Position numbers and translations under genes: made by a program. A DNA stretch of 64,000 nt from Clostridia bacterium (GTDB lineage: Bacteria; Bacillota; Clostridia; UMGS1883; UMGS1540), in the NCBI GenBank assembly GCA_017436645.1, contig JAFSCR010000006.1, forward strand, positions 16,887 to 80,886, written 5' to 3'. Below are positions 39,931-51,066 of the stretch, in pieces; the stretch's first letter is position 1, and every line of letters starts with the position of its first letter. The notes below the pieces were generated by a model, which was not told the origin of the DNA, made no database searches, and saw nothing but the letters and a program-made list of their open reading frames with translations.

Positions 39931-39957
39931 TGAGCAAAAGGGCAATAAAAACAAAAA

Positions 39958-39985
39958 GAAAACCCTCCTACAAGGAAGGTTTTCT
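39958..39985. terminator. bidirectional terminator between the M50 gene and groEL (aaaccctcc / ggaaggttt stem)
   Basis: A hairpin flanked by A and T runs. Confidence 0.5.
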
Positions 39986-40042
39986 TCTTATGGTTATTTA
40001 TTCTGTTTTGCCTTTTTGAAGTCCGGGCCTTTTTTACACTTC

Positions 40043-41674
<1,632 letters not shown>

Positions 41675-41691
41675 CTATATCCTCCTTAAAA

Positions 41692-41991
<300 letters not shown>

Positions 41992-42004
41992 TTATTTATA
42001 AAAT

Positions 42005-42031
42005 TTAGCACTCTCGCTATGCGAGTGCTAA
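42005..42031 (-). promoter_or_regulatory. CIRCE operator (HrcA binding site) of the groESL operon
   Basis: ttagcactc-tcgctatgc-gagtgctaa is a perfect 9-N9-9 inverted repeat. It matches the CIRCE consensus TTAGCACTC-N9-GAGTGCTAA. Confidence 0.85.
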
Positions 42032-42240
42032 CAAACATAAGTTTACCATATTTTCGCAGTTATTCAACAGGCGTTTTGTTCTGTTTTTCATACAAAAACC
42101 ATATTTTTCTCCCGTTTCCTCTCATTTCCTTCATTTTTCTTAAATTTTTCTTTTTTGTGAATTTTTTCATTTAATGGAATTGCTTTTTTTCTTATTATAT
42201 GATATACTTGAAAATAAATATGTAACGGAGGTTTTTTATT

Positions 42241-42795
42241 ATGAATGAAGATATTAAAAAAGTAGCACTCAGAATCCGTGAACTCAGGGAAATTGAAGGC
42301 AGCAGCACAAAGGAAATGGCAGCGCTTTTTAACATTCCCCACGAAACATATCTCGAATACGAAAGCGGCTCCTCCGATATGCCCATCAGCTTTCTGTCGG
42401 AGGCGGCAGCCCACTTTAATATTCAGGTGTATGAGCTTTTATCCGGCAACAATGCCAAGCTCCGCATTTATCAGGTTGTCCGTGGCGGCAAAGGTCTGAA
42501 CATTGAAAGAAGTAAGCAGTATAATTACCAGCATCTTGCCTACAACTTTGCAGGCAACAAGGTTCTGCCCCTTCTTGTTACGGTTGACCCCCGAAAAGGG
42601 GACGAAAAGCCCCATACCAACATTCATAAGGGGCAGGAATTTGACTATTGCCTCGAAGGCAGAATTTTAATCACCATCGGCGGCAAGGAAGAAATTCTTG
42701 AAGCCGGCGACTCTGTTTATTATGACTCCTCTTATCCCCATGGTATGATTGCCATCGGGGATGCGCCTGCTAAAATTTTAACTCTGGTTATTTAA
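42241..42795 (+). CDS. XRE-family HTH plus cupin-domain transcriptional regulator
   Basis: An N-terminal HTH (LRELREIEGSSTKEMAALFNIPHETYLEYESG), and a C-terminal cupin (HKGQEFDYCLEGRILITIGG...AGDSVYYDSSYPHG). Confidence 0.8.
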   Translation: MNEDIKKVALRIRELREIEGSSTKEMAALFNIPHETYLEYESGSSDMPISFLSEAAAHFNIQVYELLSGNNAKLRIYQVVRGGKGLNIERSKQYNYQHLAYNFAGNKVLPLLVTVDPRKGDEKPHTNIHKGQEFDYCLEGRILITIGGKEEILEAGDSVYYDSSYPHGMIAIGDAPAKILTLVI

Positions 42796-42807
42796 AGGAG
42801 ATTTTAT

Positions 42808-44259
42808 ATGTTTGTTTGGTTTCATTGCGGCAAAGCCCTTTTCAAAACGTGGTACGACGAAAAATATGACCTTGTGCAAAGATTTTCCGGCGTTTCCTGC
42901 GACACATTCACCTATAACAGCCATATTGACTTTACGGAAGCAGGCCTTATTTTAAGAGATAAACCCAAAGCCCTTGAGGATGCCTGGCATACGGATTTGC
43001 CTTTTTCCATGTCCACCGATGATGCAGCTCCTTGCATTATCAACAAAACCTGGCTTGGGGCAGGGCACGGACATCCGTGCTGTGTAAGATGCTATATTCC
43101 TTCCCACGGGAAAACCCTTAAGGATGTTGGTTCTTTGTGGAAAGACGAAAAGGATGTAACTTTCACCCTTCTCCGTATTATTGACGAAGATTATCTCCTT
43201 TTCATTTCCGATAACATCGGCACCCTTGCGGATTACCAATTTATAACCACAATCGAAGGCGGTCTTTCCTATGTGGAAAACGGGGACAACACTGCTCCCC
43301 TCCCTCCTGCCGAGGAGCAGGGCGTAGCTTACCTTTCCCGTGCCTATCGCTTTACAAAGAAACGCCTCATAGGGATAACAAACGGCAAGGAAAAGGCCAT
43401 CGTTAAAACCATGGATTGTGACTCTGCACGAATGGAAGAGGAATATGAAATCGTAAACCCCGCAACGGTTGCGCCGAATCTTAGAAAGGCAAGACCCGAA
43501 GGCGGCTTTACCCACATTCCTGACCTTCCCCTTTTCGGCGAAGCTATGTTTAAAACCAAGAACATATATCACATAAATGAAGACGGCACCGTTCTTTGCG
43601 AATTTTATCGTGAAAAGCTGATGGATATCAGCTATGAAAGATGTATGGGCGCTATGTATCAGGAAAAAATTGACGTATACGGCGGCGGTATGTACCGTCA
43701 CCTTGCCAAAACCCTTCCCTTTACGGAAAACGGCATAGATTTTGACTTTACTGTGCCGCGCTATATTCAGGACAGCCCCTATCCCCAGTGCTTCTTCGTA
43801 ACCCCCGAATACTGGGAAAATCCGGCTTCTCCGCCCGACAGAATTATTGACTATTTCAGAGACGAAGACGGCCACGACCGCCTCGGCTTTGTTCTCGGGT
43901 ATCTTCCCCTTTATGACGGGGAGCCGGAAAAGCGCCTCCAGCATCTGGAGCATTCCATTATGCTTTACCGTTCCAGAAAAATTTACCCCACCTTTATGAG
44001 CGGGGACCTTACGAAGCTTCACGGCATAGCCTACAAGAAATTCTTTAAACCCCAAAAGGATAAAGCGTCTGTTTACAGCGTAAAGGCTGACGGCAAAACC
44101 TTTATTTACTTTGACTTTTTCGAAAAAAATTCTCTGGAATTTGCCTTTGAAGGCAATATCCGTCTTTATGAAAAGAGTGACGCTGTTTCCTACGAAATCA
44201 AAGGGAACACCGTTTGTGCCCAAGGCGAACACGGGTATGCCGTGTTTATTTGCGAGTAG
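42808..44259 (+). CDS. uncharacterised cytoplasmic protein, paralog A of a tandem pair (no recognised family)
   Basis: 483 aa, preceded by an AAAGGAG RBS 12 nt after the regulator stop codon. It has a normal amino-acid composition. It is colinear with, and roughly half identical to, the next ORF, with shared blocks EKYDLVQ.FSG, DFTEAGL, GHG.PCC, GS.WKDEK.VTFTLLR, RAYRFTKKR.IGI, CDSAR.EEEY.I.NPATVAP, KARPEGGF, PPDR..DYFRD.DGHD, GYLP.YDGEP.KRL.HL and YAVFI.E. Confidence 0.7.
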   Translation: MFVWFHCGKALFKTWYDEKYDLVQRFSGVSCDTFTYNSHIDFTEAGLILRDKPKALEDAWHTDLPFSMSTDDAAPCIINKTWLGAGHGHPCCVRCYIPSHGKTLKDVGSLWKDEKDVTFTLLRIIDEDYLLFISDNIGTLADYQFITTIEGGLSYVENGDNTAPLPPAEEQGVAYLSRAYRFTKKRLIGITNGKEKAIVKTMDCDSARMEEEYEIVNPATVAPNLRKARPEGGFTHIPDLPLFGEAMFKTKNIYHINEDGTVLCEFYREKLMDISYERCMGAMYQEKIDVYGGGMYRHLAKTLPFTENGIDFDFTVPRYIQDSPYPQCFFVTPEYWENPASPPDRIIDYFRDEDGHDRLGFVLGYLPLYDGEPEKRLQHLEHSIMLYRSRKIYPTFMSGDLTKLHGIAYKKFFKPQKDKASVYSVKADGKTFIYFDFFEKNSLEFAFEGNIRLYEKSDAVSYEIKGNTVCAQGEHGYAVFICE

Positions 44260-44262
44260 GAG

Positions 44263-45723
44263 GTGGAAGAAATGTTTTTAGCAGTACATGATGATAAAAT
44301 ATTATTTCAAACGCCCTATAATGAAAAATATGACCTTGTGCAGAAATTCTCGGGTGCTACCTTAAACCGTGTTCTTTATAACGGCCACTATGACTTTACC
44401 GAAGCAGGCCTTATGGAAAAAAACAAGGAAAAGGGATATTATGACCCTTGGCATCTGGATGTTCCCTTCTCTTCCTCCACGGACGATGTGCCTTGCGTAG
44501 GCGTAAACGGTGCCTGGATCGGTGCACTGCACGGCCAGCCCTGCTGTATCACCCTTTATGCACCGAATCACGGCATGACAACAAGGGATATGGGTTCTGT
44601 GTGGAAGGATGAAAAAGGCGTAACCTTTACCCTTCTCCGCCCCGACGGAGAAGATTATCTCGTTTTCGTTTCTGAAAACGTAGGCACCCTGACGGACTAT
44701 AAGTTTGTTATGAAAATCGAAGGTGCACTCACCTTTGTATCGAGCGGGGAAAAGAAGGAAACCATTAAAGACACCTCGGACCAATCCCCCTACACCTTCC
44801 TTCTCCGTGCTTATCGCTTTACGAAAAAGCGTATTATCGGCATTAAAGACGGCAAAGAAAAAAATGTAATGACCTCTATGCAGTGCGACAGCGCACGCCT
44901 TGAAGAAGAATACCTTATTATAAATCCTGCCACGGTGGCACCTGCCCTTACAAAGGCAAGACCGGAAGGCGGCTTTGATTATATGCCCGATATTTCCGAA
45001 TTCGGCGAGCCTATGATTTCCGTCAAAAATGCATACCATCTTCTCCCCGACGGCGCAGTACTTTGCGAATTTACCTTTAAAAAGCTGATGGATGTTCACT
45101 TCGAGCGTTTTCTCGGCGCTATGTGCCAGCACAAGCTCAATGTGCACGGCGGTGGCATTCACCGCTATATCCCCAAGCTTCTTCCCTTTACGGAACACGG
45201 AAACACATTTGATTTTTCCACGCCCCTCTCTATTCTGGAAGACCCCTATCCGGATAACTTCCATACAACGCCGGAATACTGGGCAACCCCCGACCTTCCC
45301 CCGGACAGAATGGTGGATTATTTCCGTGACAAAGACGGCCACGACAAGCTTTGCTATTCTCTCGGCTATCTCCCCATTTATGACGGAGAACCCAAAAAGC
45401 GTCTTAAGCATTTGGGCCACGCCCATATGCTTTACCGCACCAGAAAATATTATCCCACCTTTATGTTCGGTGATTTGGATGCATTTCACGGCGTTGCATT
45501 TAAAAAGTTTTTTATCCCTGAAAAAGACCGTGCATCCGCTTATAGCATAAAGGCCTTCGGGAAAACCTATATTTATATGGATCTTATTGAAGAAAACACC
45601 ATTTCTCACCCCGCTGAAGGCACAGTTACCCTTTTTGAAAAGAGCGACGGTGTTTCCTACGAAATCAAAGACGGCGAGATTGTAGCCCGGGGAAAGGGCT
45701 ATGCCGTATTCATCACAGAATAG
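44263..45723 (+). CDS. uncharacterised cytoplasmic protein, paralog B of the tandem pair
   Basis: 486 aa with an AGGAGG RBS. It starts 4 nt after paralog A. See the paralog A entry for the shared conserved blocks. Confidence 0.7.
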   Translation: MEEMFLAVHDDKILFQTPYNEKYDLVQKFSGATLNRVLYNGHYDFTEAGLMEKNKEKGYYDPWHLDVPFSSSTDDVPCVGVNGAWIGALHGQPCCITLYAPNHGMTTRDMGSVWKDEKGVTFTLLRPDGEDYLVFVSENVGTLTDYKFVMKIEGALTFVSSGEKKETIKDTSDQSPYTFLLRAYRFTKKRIIGIKDGKEKNVMTSMQCDSARLEEEYLIINPATVAPALTKARPEGGFDYMPDISEFGEPMISVKNAYHLLPDGAVLCEFTFKKLMDVHFERFLGAMCQHKLNVHGGGIHRYIPKLLPFTEHGNTFDFSTPLSILEDPYPDNFHTTPEYWATPDLPPDRMVDYFRDKDGHDKLCYSLGYLPIYDGEPKKRLKHLGHAHMLYRTRKYYPTFMFGDLDAFHGVAFKKFFIPEKDRASAYSIKAFGKTYIYMDLIEENTISHPAEGTVTLFEKSDGVSYEIKDGEIVARGKGYAVFITE

Positions 45724-45735
45724 GAGGACGATGGA

Positions 45736-46527
45736 ATGAACATCCGTCACGACATACATCTGCACACCACCCTTTCTTACTGCGCCAAAGAATCGGCAAC
45801 ACCTGAAAACTATATTGAAATTGCAAAAAAGAAGGGGCTTAGTACCATCGGTTTTTCCGACCACGTCTGGGATACCGCCGTTTCCCCTGCCATTAATGAT
45901 TTTTACGAAGGGCAGGATGCAGAACGCCTTTTGTCCGCCTCTCTGCCGAAAGCAGAAGGCATCCGCATTCTCCGCGGTTGTGAAGCGGAGCTTGACAAAA
46001 ACGGCGTTTTAGGTCTTTCCGAGGAAGCGGCAAAGAAATTTGACTATGTGCTTTGCACCCATTCCCATTCCCAGCATCCCGAAGTGATTGACGCCAAGGT
46101 GAAAAAGGACCCGAAAAAGCTGGCGGAAACGCTTTGTGACCGTTTTTCCTTATTGGTGGAGCACCCTATGTCCAAATATATTACCGCCATTGCCCACCCC
46201 TTCTTCCCTTTAGGCAATAAGGACGATTTTGACGAAGTGCTTTTCCGCATTTCCGATGACCGCCTTGAGGATTTATTTAATGACGCAGTCTATAAAAACA
46301 TTGCCATTGAAATCAATGCCGCTGCTTTTGCTTCCCTACCTTTAAAATCCATTCACAAAAGCGAAATGTTCCGCATTTATGAAACAGCAAAAGAATGTGG
46401 ATGCAAATTCGTTTTCGGCACGGACTGCCATGATCCTAAAATTTACGATGAACGCTTTTCTTATCTGGAGGCCCTTTGTGCGCTTCTGGAAATCACAGAC
46501 GAGGACCTTTGCCCCCTCGTAAAATAA
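45736..46527 (+). CDS. PHP-domain (polymerase/histidinol-phosphatase family) metal-dependent phosphoesterase
   Basis: N-terminal DIHLHTTLSYCA (HxH), later FSDHVWD, ...HSH..., and ...GTDCHDP are PHP metal-ligand motifs. It lies 12 nt after paralog B with a TAGGAGG RBS. Confidence 0.75.
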   Translation: MNIRHDIHLHTTLSYCAKESATPENYIEIAKKKGLSTIGFSDHVWDTAVSPAINDFYEGQDAERLLSASLPKAEGIRILRGCEAELDKNGVLGLSEEAAKKFDYVLCTHSHSQHPEVIDAKVKKDPKKLAETLCDRFSLLVEHPMSKYITAIAHPFFPLGNKDDFDEVLFRISDDRLEDLFNDAVYKNIAIEINAAAFASLPLKSIHKSEMFRIYETAKECGCKFVFGTDCHDPKIYDERFSYLEALCALLEITDEDLCPLVK

Positions 46528-46539
46528 AGAGGTGATTCT

Positions 46540-47646
46540 GTGCGAAAAAAAGCGCATTTTTTCTCCCGACTTGACCCTTGGCTCTTTACGTGTCTTGCCG
46601 TAGCCGTCATCATCGGCATGGTTGCCATTTTAAGTGCCGGACACGCCATGGGCACTTCCCGTTTCATCATTGTGCAGGCTGCCGCTTTCCTCATCGGTGT
46701 CGTGCTTCTCTATCTTCTTTCAAAGATAGACTATGACTTTTTCGGTCAACTGGCGATTTTCTTTTACATTGTCAGCGCCCTGATACTGGTTGTGGTTCTC
46801 TTTATCGGTACAGGTAGCGAGGAAGTCGGCACAAAAGGATGGATCCGCATCGGCTCCATTGGTATTCAGCCTTCTGAAATTGCGAAAATCGGTTTCATTA
46901 TTTCTTTTGCAAAGCATGTAGATTCTGTAAGAGAAGACATTAACCGGCCCACTGTTTTGCTGCTTTTATGCCTGCATGCAGGTCTTTTAATCGGCCTTGT
47001 GCTCCTGCAGCCTGACCTTGGCACCGCCCTTGTGTTTACCTTTATTTTTCTCGGGATGCTGCTCCTTGCAGGCCTCAGTCTTAAATATTTTGCGGCCCTC
47101 GGCGGCATATTTGCCGTTGGTGCCCCACTTGCCTGGTTCTTTCTTCTGAAGGACTTTCAGAAAAACAGAATACTCACGTTTTTAAACCCAGAGCTTGACC
47201 CTTTAGGGGCAGGCTACCACGTTATCCAGTCTAAAATTGCCATAGGAAGTGGCGGTGTTCTGGGGCGTGGCGTCGGGCAGGGAATTCAGACCCAGTACGG
47301 GTATCTCCCCGAAAAACAAACCGACTTTATCTATGCCGTAATCGGTGAAGAAATGGGCATGTGGGGTGCTGTTTTAATCCTTGCAGTCCTGCTCGTCATT
47401 ATTATACGGTGCTTTAATACAGCCGCTTCCGCCCGGGACGGGTTCGGCGAACTTCTCTCGGCAGGCGTCGGCTTTATGCTGACAGCACACGTAATTGAAA
47501 GTATCGGCATGTGCCTTGGGCTTCTCCCCGTTACGGGGATTCCGCTCCCGTTTGTCAGCTACGGCGGCTCTAATATGCTTGCCAGCATGCTGGCGGTAGC
47601 GCTTGTACAAAATGTTTACATGCGGCGAAGTCGCATGCAATTTTAA
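46540..47646 (+). CDS. SEDS-family peptidoglycan glycosyltransferase (FtsW/RodA/SpoVE)
   Basis: Ten TM segments. Conserved SEDS blocks include GW...GSIGIQPSE.AKI and the C-terminal ...LPVTGIPLPFVSYGGS.... Confidence 0.85.
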   Translation: MRKKAHFFSRLDPWLFTCLAVAVIIGMVAILSAGHAMGTSRFIIVQAAAFLIGVVLLYLLSKIDYDFFGQLAIFFYIVSALILVVVLFIGTGSEEVGTKGWIRIGSIGIQPSEIAKIGFIISFAKHVDSVREDINRPTVLLLLCLHAGLLIGLVLLQPDLGTALVFTFIFLGMLLLAGLSLKYFAALGGIFAVGAPLAWFFLLKDFQKNRILTFLNPELDPLGAGYHVIQSKIAIGSGGVLGRGVGQGIQTQYGYLPEKQTDFIYAVIGEEMGMWGAVLILAVLLVIIIRCFNTAASARDGFGELLSAGVGFMLTAHVIESIGMCLGLLPVTGIPLPFVSYGGSNMLASMLAVALVQNVYMRRSRMQF

Positions 47647-47667
47647 AGAACAGGAAGGATACAGATT

Positions 47668-48561
47668 TTGGAAAACTTTAAATCCGGCTTTATTGCCATT
47701 GTAGGTCGCCCCAACGCAGGGAAATCTACTATTTTAAACCGCCTCGTCGGTGCTAAAATTGCAATTACCACCGCAAAACCCCAAACCACCAGAAATCAGA
47801 TTCTCGGCATTTTAAACGGCGAGGACTATCAGATGGTGTTTGTGGATACCCCCGGTGTGCACCGCAGTAAAACACGGCTTGGAGAGTACATGAACCGTGC
47901 CGCCATCGGTGCCATAGATTCTGTGGATGCCGCCCTTCTCATGGCAGATGCCACGAAAGGCTTCGGCCCTGCAGAAGAAAGAATTATTGCCGAACTTCAG
48001 GCAAAAAAAATTCCTGCGGTACTCGGTCTTAATAAAATTGACCGTCTAACACGTGAAGCACTTCTCCCCCAGATTGCCGCCTTCTCCGAAAAATTTGAAT
48101 TTTCCGCCATTGTTCCTCTTTCCGCAAAAACAGGGGACGGTGCAAAAATTCTTCTGGAAGAACTGAAAAAATTCCTGATCCCCGGGCCTATGTACTACCC
48201 CGAAGATATGATTACGGATAAAACAGAACGGGAAATTATGGCAGAATTTATCCGTGAAAAACTTCTTTCCTATCTGGACCAGGAAATCCCCCACGGTACT
48301 GCGGTGGAAATTATGGAAATGAAGGATGAAAAGAAAATCTGCCGTATTTCCGCCGATATTGTTTGCGAAAAGGCGAGCCATAAATCCATTATTATCGGGC
48401 GTGGCGGTGCCATGCTCAAAAGAGTGGGGACAGCCGCAAGAGAGGAAGCGGAAGCGTTTTTCGGCAAAAAAATATATCTCCAGCTTTTCGTAAAAGTCAA
48501 GGATGACTGGCGAAACAGTAACTTCATGCTCCGTAATCTCGGTTTTTCCGACAAAGAGTAA
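47668..48561 (+). CDS. era: GTPase Era
   Basis: GFIAIVGRPNAGKSTILN (G1), DTPG (G3), NKID (G4) and a C-terminal KH domain. The start is TTG with a GGAAGGA RBS. Confidence 0.9.
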   Translation: MENFKSGFIAIVGRPNAGKSTILNRLVGAKIAITTAKPQTTRNQILGILNGEDYQMVFVDTPGVHRSKTRLGEYMNRAAIGAIDSVDAALLMADATKGFGPAEERIIAELQAKKIPAVLGLNKIDRLTREALLPQIAAFSEKFEFSAIVPLSAKTGDGAKILLEELKKFLIPGPMYYPEDMITDKTEREIMAEFIREKLLSYLDQEIPHGTAVEIMEMKDEKKICRISADIVCEKASHKSIIIGRGGAMLKRVGTAAREEAEAFFGKKIYLQLFVKVKDDWRNSNFMLRNLGFSDKE

Positions 48562-48626
48562 GTTTTTCCCTGCCATAAATCTGCCCCAAACCGGAAACAA
48601 TAGTTCCGAAAGCGACGGTGACAGAT

Positions 48627-48794
48627 ATGGACAAGTTTTATTGGGAACTTTTTTGTCAAACGGGCAGTCCCGAAATGTATATGAAATGCAAGGAAACGGA
48701 GTGTTTTCATGAACGATGTGAAAACGACGGGCGTTGTACTGAAAGTGACGAAATGCAAAAACAGCAGTCTGGCACTTTCGGTGCTGAGTCCTGA
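48627..48794 (+). CDS. yqzL: YqzL-like small protein (candidate; 55 aa as read, overlaps the recO start)
   Basis: An ATG at 48627 gives MDKFYWELFCQTGSPEMYMKCKETE.... The F.W..F.QTG....Y pattern and the position between era and recO match YqzL-family micro-proteins. As read, the ORF runs 86 nt into recO in another frame, so its true length is uncertain. Confidence 0.35.
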   Translation: MDKFYWELFCQTGSPEMYMKCKETECFHERCENDGRCTESDEMQKQQSGTFGAES

Positions 48795-49446
48795 ACTTGG
48801 AAAAATAAGCGTCTGGGCCCGTGGGGTCCGAGTTGGCAAGAACACACAGCGCTCCGGCTGTGTGCTTCTTACATACAGCGAATTTGTTCTAAGGAAACGA
48901 GGGGATATGTATACCCTCATTGCCGCCTGCCCCATCCGCACGTTTTATCACCTGAGGGAAGACGTTGTAAAGCTTTCCTACGGCGTTTATTTCGGCGAGC
49001 TTGCAGGTCTTTTATATGGCGAAGGCGTGGAGGCAAAGGCACCGGTCCGTCTCCTTTTAAATTCCCTCCACTATCTGGAAAACGATTTGAAAGACCCGCT
49101 GGATTTAAAAGTGATGTACGAGCTAAGGCTTATGAGTGCGGCAGGCTTTACGCCTTTTGTGGACGCTTGCATGGAATGCGGAAACGAAGAGGCGTTTGCC
49201 TTTTCTCCTGCAGAGGGCGGTCTTTTGTGCCGCAGCTGTTCTCCGCTTCTGCCTCTTCCCAAAAGCGCCGTTTCCCTTTTGCGAGGCTATGTGAAATGCA
49301 CACTCAAGGCATGCCTATCCCATAACGGAAAAGAGGCGGCAAAAATTCTGGAGCCCTACGTCGAGCAGTTTATCCGCTATCACACGGACCTTACGCCCAA
49401 AACGCTGACATACTTGCACCGCATCCGGAATACAGTAAATTTATAA
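48709..49446 (+). CDS. recO: DNA repair protein RecO
   Basis: An N-terminal OB fold (TGVVLKV...GKISVWARGVR) and a C-terminal zinc finger CMECGN...CRSC. Confidence 0.85.
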   Translation: MNDVKTTGVVLKVTKCKNSSLALSVLSPELGKISVWARGVRVGKNTQRSGCVLLTYSEFVLRKRGDMYTLIAACPIRTFYHLREDVVKLSYGVYFGELAGLLYGEGVEAKAPVRLLLNSLHYLENDLKDPLDLKVMYELRLMSAAGFTPFVDACMECGNEEAFAFSPAEGGLLCRSCSPLLPLPKSAVSLLRGYVKCTLKACLSHNGKEAAKILEPYVEQFIRYHTDLTPKTLTYLHRIRNTVNL

Positions 49447-49466
49447 CCCTTTAAGGAGATAACAAT

Positions 49467-51056
49467 ATGCAAGAAAAGAAAACCGCATCCTTTATAAGCG
49501 GCGCCGCTATCCTTATGGCGGCAAATCTTCTGGTAAAGCTCATTGGCCTTGCCTTTAAGGTGCCGCTTACATACTTAATCGGTGAAGAAGGTATGGGGCA
49601 TTTTTCCGATGCCTACACCATGTACACGTGGATGTTCGTCCTTGCCACCGCAGGCCTTCCGGTTGCCGTTTCCAAAATGGTTTCGGAAAGCCGTGCCATG
49701 GGAAAGCCCGGAGAGGTACGGCGGATTTTAGAGGTCAGCCTTCTCTTCCTTTTTGCACTTGGTCTTTTAGGAAGCGGCATTCTGTTCTTTGGTGCAGACG
49801 CCCTCGCCCTTTTAATCGGTAACGAAGGGGCCGCCCACGGCATCCGTGCCATTGCACCGGCTATGCTTTTTGTGGCGCTCATGTCCGCCTTCCGTGGATT
49901 TTTCCAAGGCCATCAGGATATGATGCCCACCGCTGTTTCGGAAGTTGCGGAGGCCTTAGGCAAACTCATTTTCGGTTATGTACTTGCTTATCTTTTCATT
50001 TCCAAGGGTGCATCTTTTGGTGCGGCCGGTGCCGTGGCAGGTGTTTCCGCAGGTGCCGCCCTCGGCTTTATTTCCCTTGCCGTGCTCTTTCTTATTAAAA
50101 AGAAGACTTTGTTCGGCGTAGCCCGAGAAGGCACGGATGCAAGAGGCCGCCGCACGCTTTTTAAAAAGCTTATCACCATTGCCATTCCCATTACCATCGG
50201 CGCTTCTGTTTTTAGCCTGACGAGTGTAATCGACATGGCAATGATTAAACATAATCTGATTTCTGCAGGCTTTTCCCAAAGCGAAGCCGTGCGGCTGTGG
50301 GGTTCATATTCCGGCTATGCCGTTCCCATTTTCAATATGCCCCCCACGCTTCTGACGGCAATCAGCATAAGCCTTGTGCCTGCAATCGCCGCCGCCTTTA
50401 TAAGCGGTAATAAGAAAAAGGCACAGGGTAGCGCAGAATCTGCCATTCGCATCACAACCCTTTTTGCCCTGCCGTGTTCTTTAGGGGTTTCCCTTTTATC
50501 CGAGCCCATTTTAAGCCTGATTTATAACAACACCAACGCCGCAGGCATGCTGCAGATTTTAGGGCTTTCCATTGTGCTTGTCTCCCTTGTGCAGGTAACA
50601 AATGCAATACTTCAGGCGGTAGGAAAAGTATATGTGCCGGTCCTTCATATGGCCCTCGGCGGCATCCTAAAAGTCATTGTAAACTTTTTCCTCGTGTCCA
50701 ATCCTGCCATCAACATAAACGGCGCCCCCATCGGCACCCTTTGTTGTTACGGCCTGATTCTCACGCTAAACCTGATTTCCATCCGGAAGGTGATGGGTCT
50801 TCGGTATAGTTTATCCGACATGCTCCTTCGCCCCCTCTTTTCCGCAGTGATTATGGGCGGCGTGGTGCTCCTTGTCTACCGTTTTTCTATGCCGCTCGGT
50901 CGGCTTTTCAGCGTCGGCCTTCCCATTGTATCCGGCGCAGTCATTTATGGCATTATGCTCTTTGCCTTCGGCGCCATTAAAGAAACGGACGTTCTACTTC
51001 TGCCGAAAGGCCAGTCCCTCGCCCGCATTTTAAAACGGGCAAAACTCATACGTTAG
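49467..51056 (+). CDS. MOP-superfamily polysaccharide/lipid-II flippase-like protein (YabM/SpoVB/MurJ-like)
   Basis: 14 predicted TM helices. The N-terminus ISGAAILMAANLLVKLIGLAFKVPLTYLIGEEGMGHFSDAYTMY is typical of Wzx/MurJ/SpoVB proteins. It is followed by mazG, as yabM-yabN is in Bacillus. Confidence 0.8.
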   Translation: MQEKKTASFISGAAILMAANLLVKLIGLAFKVPLTYLIGEEGMGHFSDAYTMYTWMFVLATAGLPVAVSKMVSESRAMGKPGEVRRILEVSLLFLFALGLLGSGILFFGADALALLIGNEGAAHGIRAIAPAMLFVALMSAFRGFFQGHQDMMPTAVSEVAEALGKLIFGYVLAYLFISKGASFGAAGAVAGVSAGAALGFISLAVLFLIKKKTLFGVAREGTDARGRRTLFKKLITIAIPITIGASVFSLTSVIDMAMIKHNLISAGFSQSEAVRLWGSYSGYAVPIFNMPPTLLTAISISLVPAIAAAFISGNKKKAQGSAESAIRITTLFALPCSLGVSLLSEPILSLIYNNTNAAGMLQILGLSIVLVSLVQVTNAILQAVGKVYVPVLHMALGGILKVIVNFFLVSNPAININGAPIGTLCCYGLILTLNLISIRKVMGLRYSLSDMLLRPLFSAVIMGGVVLLVYRFSMPLGRLFSVGLPIVSGAVIYGIMLFAFGAIKETDVLLLPKGQSLARILKRAKLIR

Positions 51057-51066
51057 GAGAAATATT

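Noticed and set aside
42952-45864. Two long minus-strand ORFs (426 and 500 aa) antisense to the tandem paralog genes.
   Set aside because: The plus-strand frames have strong RBSs, a normal amino-acid composition and operon continuity with the flanking plus-strand regulator and PHP genes. The minus-strand products are Phe/Gly/Val/Lys-rich with almost no acidic residues and lack start contexts. Their length most likely reflects a codon-usage side effect.
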